DNA from: Pseudomonadota bacterium | GTDB lineage: Bacteria; Pseudomonadota; Alphaproteobacteria; RF32; CAG-239 | Reading direction: 5' to 3' | Assembly: GCA_918234285.1 (NCBI GenBank) | Contig: CAKJXZ020000032.1 | Location: forward strand, 1 to 52,085 | Length of the DNA: 52,085 bases | The notes under the pieces: generated by a model | The model's database searches: none | Seen by the model: only the letters and a program-made list of their open reading frames with translations | Told to the model about the DNA's origin: nothing | Position numbers and translations under genes: made by a program | In this document: piece by piece, positions 51,201-52,085 of the stretch | How positions within the stretch are numbered: the stretch's first letter is position 1 | Layout: the number at the start of each line of letters is the position of its first letter

Positions 51201-52085
51201 CTGTCCGCCCACCGTGTAGGAGTTGGTGACAAACGATTTGGCCGCATTAGTCATATTCAAATACTTAGTATTGGACGCAACTTTACCTAACTGACCGTAA
51301 GTCGCCGCATCGTGGTTATTTACACCGTCTGCTACGTTTACAATCTTGCTGAAGTAGTCGGCATTATACTGATCACCGCTGTTTCCTTGTTTATAATCAC
51401 CGGATTTATGACCAACCGAGATAATACCGGTTGTAGAAGTTGCCTCCTCACTCGCCACAGCCTGATAACCGATAGCGGTTGTATTAGCCGTCGTGGCATT
51501 GCTACCAATACCGATTGCCATCGAATCAGCTACGCTGGCAGTCGAACCCGTACCGGTGGAGTTTACCTTCATGTATTTCGAATTTACATTTCCGGCAAAG
51601 GTTGCATCACCGGTTGCACCGTCAAGAGTAATTGTCGTACCGGTACCATCACCGGAGTTCATAACAAACGTCTTGCCGTTGTTGCTGGTAATATCATCAC
51701 CGAACGTTGCCGCACCCGTAACACCGAGCGTACCGCCTACAGTGGTATCGCCGGCAAAGTTGGCATTGCCGTCTTTGGCATCAAGCGTTATTTTTGCCGC
51801 GCTCTCCGGATCGGTTACCTGTCCTAAACTCAGCGTTTTGCCGCTGAAGGCCATGGTATACGTACCATCGTCCTCGTCGCCGTCGTCAATCGTCTGACTG
51901 AACGTCTTAACACCGGTAATGGTCTCGTCGCCGGCCAAGTGTACCAACGTGCCGTCGAGTTCACGCACTGCACCCGAGGTAATCAGCTTATCGTTGTTGG
52001 CATAAACCGGTGACGCAGTTGTGCCGGTATTATAGAAAATGCTGTTCGTATCAGTACTGGTCGGAGCATTATCCGTCTTACTCGC
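39213..52085 (-). CDS. Giant trimeric autotransporter adhesin (YadA-like, type Vc), 5' end outside the window
   Basis: C-terminal YadA anchor (GGMASLSALSAL...LSIGTG.Y....AVAVG...YRLGLTYSF); IxxNTxx coiled coil; head/neck SMAIG...ISVG...IVNVADG...DAATYGQL. The frame stays open from 51968 to 52085 (ASKTDNAPTS...), giving at least 4290 aa. Confidence 0.96.
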   Translation of the reverse strand, partial: ASKTDNAPTSTDTNSIFYNTGTTASPVYANNDKLITSGAVRELDGTLVHLAGDETITGVKTFSQTIDDGDEDDGTYTMAFSGKTLSLGQVTDPESAAKITLDAKDGNANFAGDTTVGGTLGVTGAATFGDDITSNNGKTFVMNSGDGTGTTITLDGATGDATFAGNVNSKYMKVNSTGTGSTASVADSMAIGIGSNATTANTTAIGYQAVASEEATSTTGIISVGHKSGDYKQGNSGDQYNADYFSKIVNVADGVNNHDAATYGQLGKVASNTKYLNMTNAAKSFVTNSYTVGGQLSTLANIIGTADAVDGKDAVTFSSTDTVAKAIQDLKATTGGSIQSLSINNKVAEAGVSKSDTNINITTVTTAGDSQTGIFYDNGTTETPNYANDYKLITSGAIRALNDTLVHTSGAETIGGVKTFNDEATFTSGLTSTGLINANGGINATDVTVSGLTQVSATGGLQFGDQGLVAKSISNSVTGNGSDNALATTSAVAGYVGKGKLTLSVNGTTVAGEFGANDSANTTISLGTDFIKNSHVTPVAAILKHGSTDVNLINANNGVGVNLTNLANYSNDILSGTQAFSGIKLGNESAITGWAKAINDGVTHEEEQQPVAPVHTKLVTEKAVVDYVGALGSLDTANKGSIVAAINEIKGSVSDDYYTKDEINSTTAGAGLVHRTDNETIAGNKTFSNDVSVGGAFGVTGATTLGGTLGVTGKTTLSADKGLSFGNESTVAKSIVTSISGNSANALVTESAVKNYVGNGGLTLKINGVSQTTFTANQSDSLEIDLGSYVEKVQGNANKGKVLYVNDSGNVDFSKVTNNMLSGGITYEKLDTGVQGSLDLANTALQASNADGDTIVFDTSDNKLKVGKIYNNNINDGEIAISKLGSMGANSALVVTDTNGKLTTRSVSADDLNNLDGLTDKLAGKLDKTGGTMTGDITFKTGTGTGIVFGNKAVVNDVASTAISSTPSSSTLVTEQAVANYVGNATIKMRINGADVATTFTTNEGGSTPVVVDLGNFVAETQDASAKGKVLTVDSTTAKVVASTVTNGMLAGDISKEKLASGVQTSLGKADTALQAADIKEGTANGTINVKNTDIKVHGLGTAAYANEDAFAAYNHGHNSNEIAHMTGYSRTTNGTTPITGNIDVDDSLNVAIAKLENGLSGKQNKLTAADDSIVIDGNTIRAVGVTYSAGDGLSLSDDHTFSITEGGVTNDMLAGSIAQSKISGLSSALAAKLDTETFNARTINGHELEIDVVLDARDLKMTEYEKASSAASINTNDTISTAIGKLEKALEGQQTLTAGENITITNGKINAVDTKYTAAVGGGLSLENATNAFSIADGGITNTHISSNAGIETSKLALKAGTADTALYYDEDGNLASGQLTGSLIADNTIGKGKLASAVQTSLGKADTALQKADIGEGLTAGTINVKGTDVTVTGLGSAAFTSSDAYAAKVHYHTSQDVTELKNYVKSASGALADGDSLNEALSKLEKGLDGKQKTLTAAADSGIYINQETGEIRATSSGGGTSYYAATDGGLSLDSDSHEFSIADNGVTNTMLKGGITKAKLAQGVQDSLDLADSALQESSVTSGDVVGAIKVGNKSVEVYGLADVAKGGSLAADKVTTDDSHLFVTTNEKATWNSKQDAISDLTEIRNNATAGKNASDTLATKASTWDAKLSSVSITQGSANGTIAVSVDGGVATDVAVKGLGSAAYKADTYFAQASHNHGSGDVTNLAGYEIQSMYSALGESDTLNVALGKLEKGLSDKQDKLTEGSNITITGNVISATDNDTTYTVAEDGGLIMDGTTISINTGGVTNGMLAGNIARAKLASDVKTSLGKADTALQAEDITEGTTNGTINVDGTDVRVHGLAAVATGGDLAASKVVTDTTHQFVTNNQISTWNNKLDATVFNNRKINGYKLNQDVTLGGKDIALTDYVIADTYTAIDEEDTINSAVGKLEKGLTGKQNTISDLTTIRSNASLGKDAYDILEAKENTWDSKVSSVSLASGSSNGTVALTVNGSDTTQVTVTGLDTAAYKAESYFAKASHTHVANEINAMTGYAKASSTTFAPISATDTLNEAIGKLEYALDTKQGTLTAGTNITIDANGRISATGGGAAYTAAPNGGLALNDNAFSIATGGVTDAMLAGNINQNKISGLTDALNAKLNTATFNARTINDKPLSANVTLGGGDIVLSDYTKAETSSYITANDTVNTAIGKLEKALETQTTIEAGKHIEIVDGKINATYKSGTNIYINEDTGEINATGSAAPYLAAEDGGLSLNTTNNEFSIADNGVTFERLDDDLQAAVTAAGTALQKTDIVEGTAPGTIGVKDGDTVTNVKVNGLADVAIGGDLAASKVTESTSRRFVTDGEKTAWSNKVGSITAATATNNGSIALNVDDTKLEVAVKGLKSAAFSEASAFAEASHVHATSDITTLGGYTASTVDGALDASDSLNVALHKLENNITKNKLTAGENVTIGTDGKINATDTKYSAAIDGGLTKNAANEFSIATGGVTNDMLDGDISKDKLDNEVNGLLTSAGSAIQTVKVNGSSLTVTNNAVDIAITEGNDVGAINVNGSKVAVHGLAAVATGGNLAADKVTTDDSHLFVTSGEKSTWSGKQDAISDLTEIRNNATAGKSASDTLATKASTWDAKIGSVSAASGNAPGKIALTVDGNTTQVSVAGLGTAAYKADTYFALASHNHVASEINKMTGYEIASAYSDITLEDSLNEAIGKLEKGVKSNQLTAGSGIDITNGVISATGTGGATYYAGAGLALDTTTNTFSVSGVTNDMLAGDIGKEKFDDEVIGLLSSAGTALQPGDITEGSTDGAISVKGTPVKVHGLADVAISGKAEDLTTDNSHLFVTSGEKSGWDSKIGSITAGTATTNGNIALTIDGSETPLEVSVKGLKSAAFSEASAFAAASHTHKSSEVTSLEGYVIANEAADVAEGDTLNQALGKLQKSIKANKLTAGENIQITNGQISATDTKYGAAANGGLSLNTTNNEFSIADEGVTNAMLKGNIAATKLDSDVQTSLGKADSALQAASITTGTTAGTISVKGTDVKVKDLKDVATTGKAEDLTTDSGHRLVTDAEKEAWSGKQDAIDGLDTIIANAGQGKDAYKMLVTDGKATEWDNKVGSISLTTGTTDGTVALSVNGGAATEVAVAGLGTAAYRDADYFALAGHTHVSSAINAMTGYTKATAATYDAISTSDTLNQAIGKLEYGLGTKQGTLTPGTGINITSDGVISVTGSGSGAYYYAGAGLDLDGTTNTFSISDNGVTNAMLAGGITNEKLALNNGGTGSTGKVLYYDANGTLTSGLLTTAQLDPDANIQKSQLAADVRNALTKAANSLAVSDFDTGSTQGTISVGGTDIAVNGLGSAAFTSSNAYAASSHTHTSAEVNLMTGYTKYANDNPIVAGDSLNVAIGKLEKGLEGKQKTLVQGSGITINQETGEISATGSGGATYTAGAGLALSNTNVFSIANNGITNGMIKDGEITKAKLASAVQTSLDNADSALQADDIIEGTTAGTINVGGTDVAVHGLATVATTGAAADLQTDADHRLVSDTEKTAWSGKQDAISDLTTIRNNAAAGKDASDTLATKESVWDAKVDSISTATGEGSNGKIAVTTNGVTTQVAVAGLKAGAFKEVDSVVTENSDKLITSGAVKSYVAGIDGNSVHQSGNEDITGTKTFKKLQKFEKVISDGDDAGTYTTELDGDTLKLNKGVDTRITLDGKDGSATFAGLMNANGGINTTTLVVNNGMTVTGTSNFKDNVVIGSTTSGGSRDLTVNGGINATGKTTLSADNGLSFGNGQEVTSIVNSINTSSSDAVLQKQLVTAAAVKAADKVLSDRIDNIADAVDARDAQIAQNTSDIATNKTNIATNTAAIAAQAATIAQHTTDIAQNKADIATNKAAIEAQATTIAGHTSQIAANTLAIEGLDSRVSVIENTTLDLTGVHEALGGEFDQDHKWSAQVTADKGVTYGTLQVTNLVEAVSKVNSNVGNGATLNTIEKRTAVAANNGVSSEKSITENISAINDTVGDLSGLNIELKNLTNGGYTAPTTVVAALNNLDATLGKIHGLADKRRAEGTYKGNLADGTTVEMHLSKLDDAIGDRTTISNEKGTHGYAFSTETMYVADVLTDIASQIGTAEQLADVPNGVSKDKTVNQNIAAVSKAVGNVSDLKDTYFLSETTNLTDAVRVLDADMYKISYAVDQNRNEINSLRRKLRGGMASLSALSALAPNSRADGKTQLSIGTGMYESSPAVAVGAYHWLTNNLMVNAGLAWGDADDAVYRLGLTYSF
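41150..48960 (-). repeat. Mosaic coding repeat region of the adhesin stalk
   Basis: Recurring modules GLGxAA...HxH (9x), LNxAIGKLE, GGVTNxMLxG, QTSLGKADxALQ and D..HxFVT..EK..W..K (7x). Confidence 0.92.

Noticed and set aside
39299-51897. Many + strand and alternate-frame ORFs overlapping the adhesin, and similar shadow ORFs over pnp and other core genes
   Set aside because: Antisense shadows of biased codon usage, with no RBS or recognisable motifs.
39213-52085. Prophage tail gene or DGR target
   Set aside because: The ORF ends in a YadA anchor, no other phage genes or reverse transcriptase are present, and there is no adenine-specific TR/VR pair.

Overview
Chromosomal window from a small-genome, probably anaerobic and host-associated alphaproteobacterium. 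The lineage is inferred from gene order and content (RF32/Rhodospirillales-like gut group) and was not checked against a database. Core blocks: M23 peptidase-bactofilin-smpB; macAB; the mltB-rlpA-dacA-tmk-holB-tatD-MBL-DHH operon; spmAB-dtd; superoxide reductase; czcD; nagA and nagB; a GT2; truB-rpsO-pnp. Between them lie orphan genes, many with their own sigma70-like promoter and terminator. A run of such units separates nagA from nagB, and three consecutive units end in homologous, covarying hairpins. The right 12.9 kb is the 3' part of a giant (>4290 aa) trimeric autotransporter. Its stalk is built from phage tail-fibre-like modules with nine HxH motifs, and it is followed by a membrane-anchored Skp/OmpH-like gene. 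Other points of note: a 21-aa repeat gene missed by the ORF track at the left edge, an RPE/REP-like cloverleaf element, an ACP-like protein lacking the phosphopantetheine serine, a structured ~220-nt leader, and a candidate sRNA. No rRNA, tRNA, CRISPR array, transposase, integrase or reverse transcriptase was recognised.
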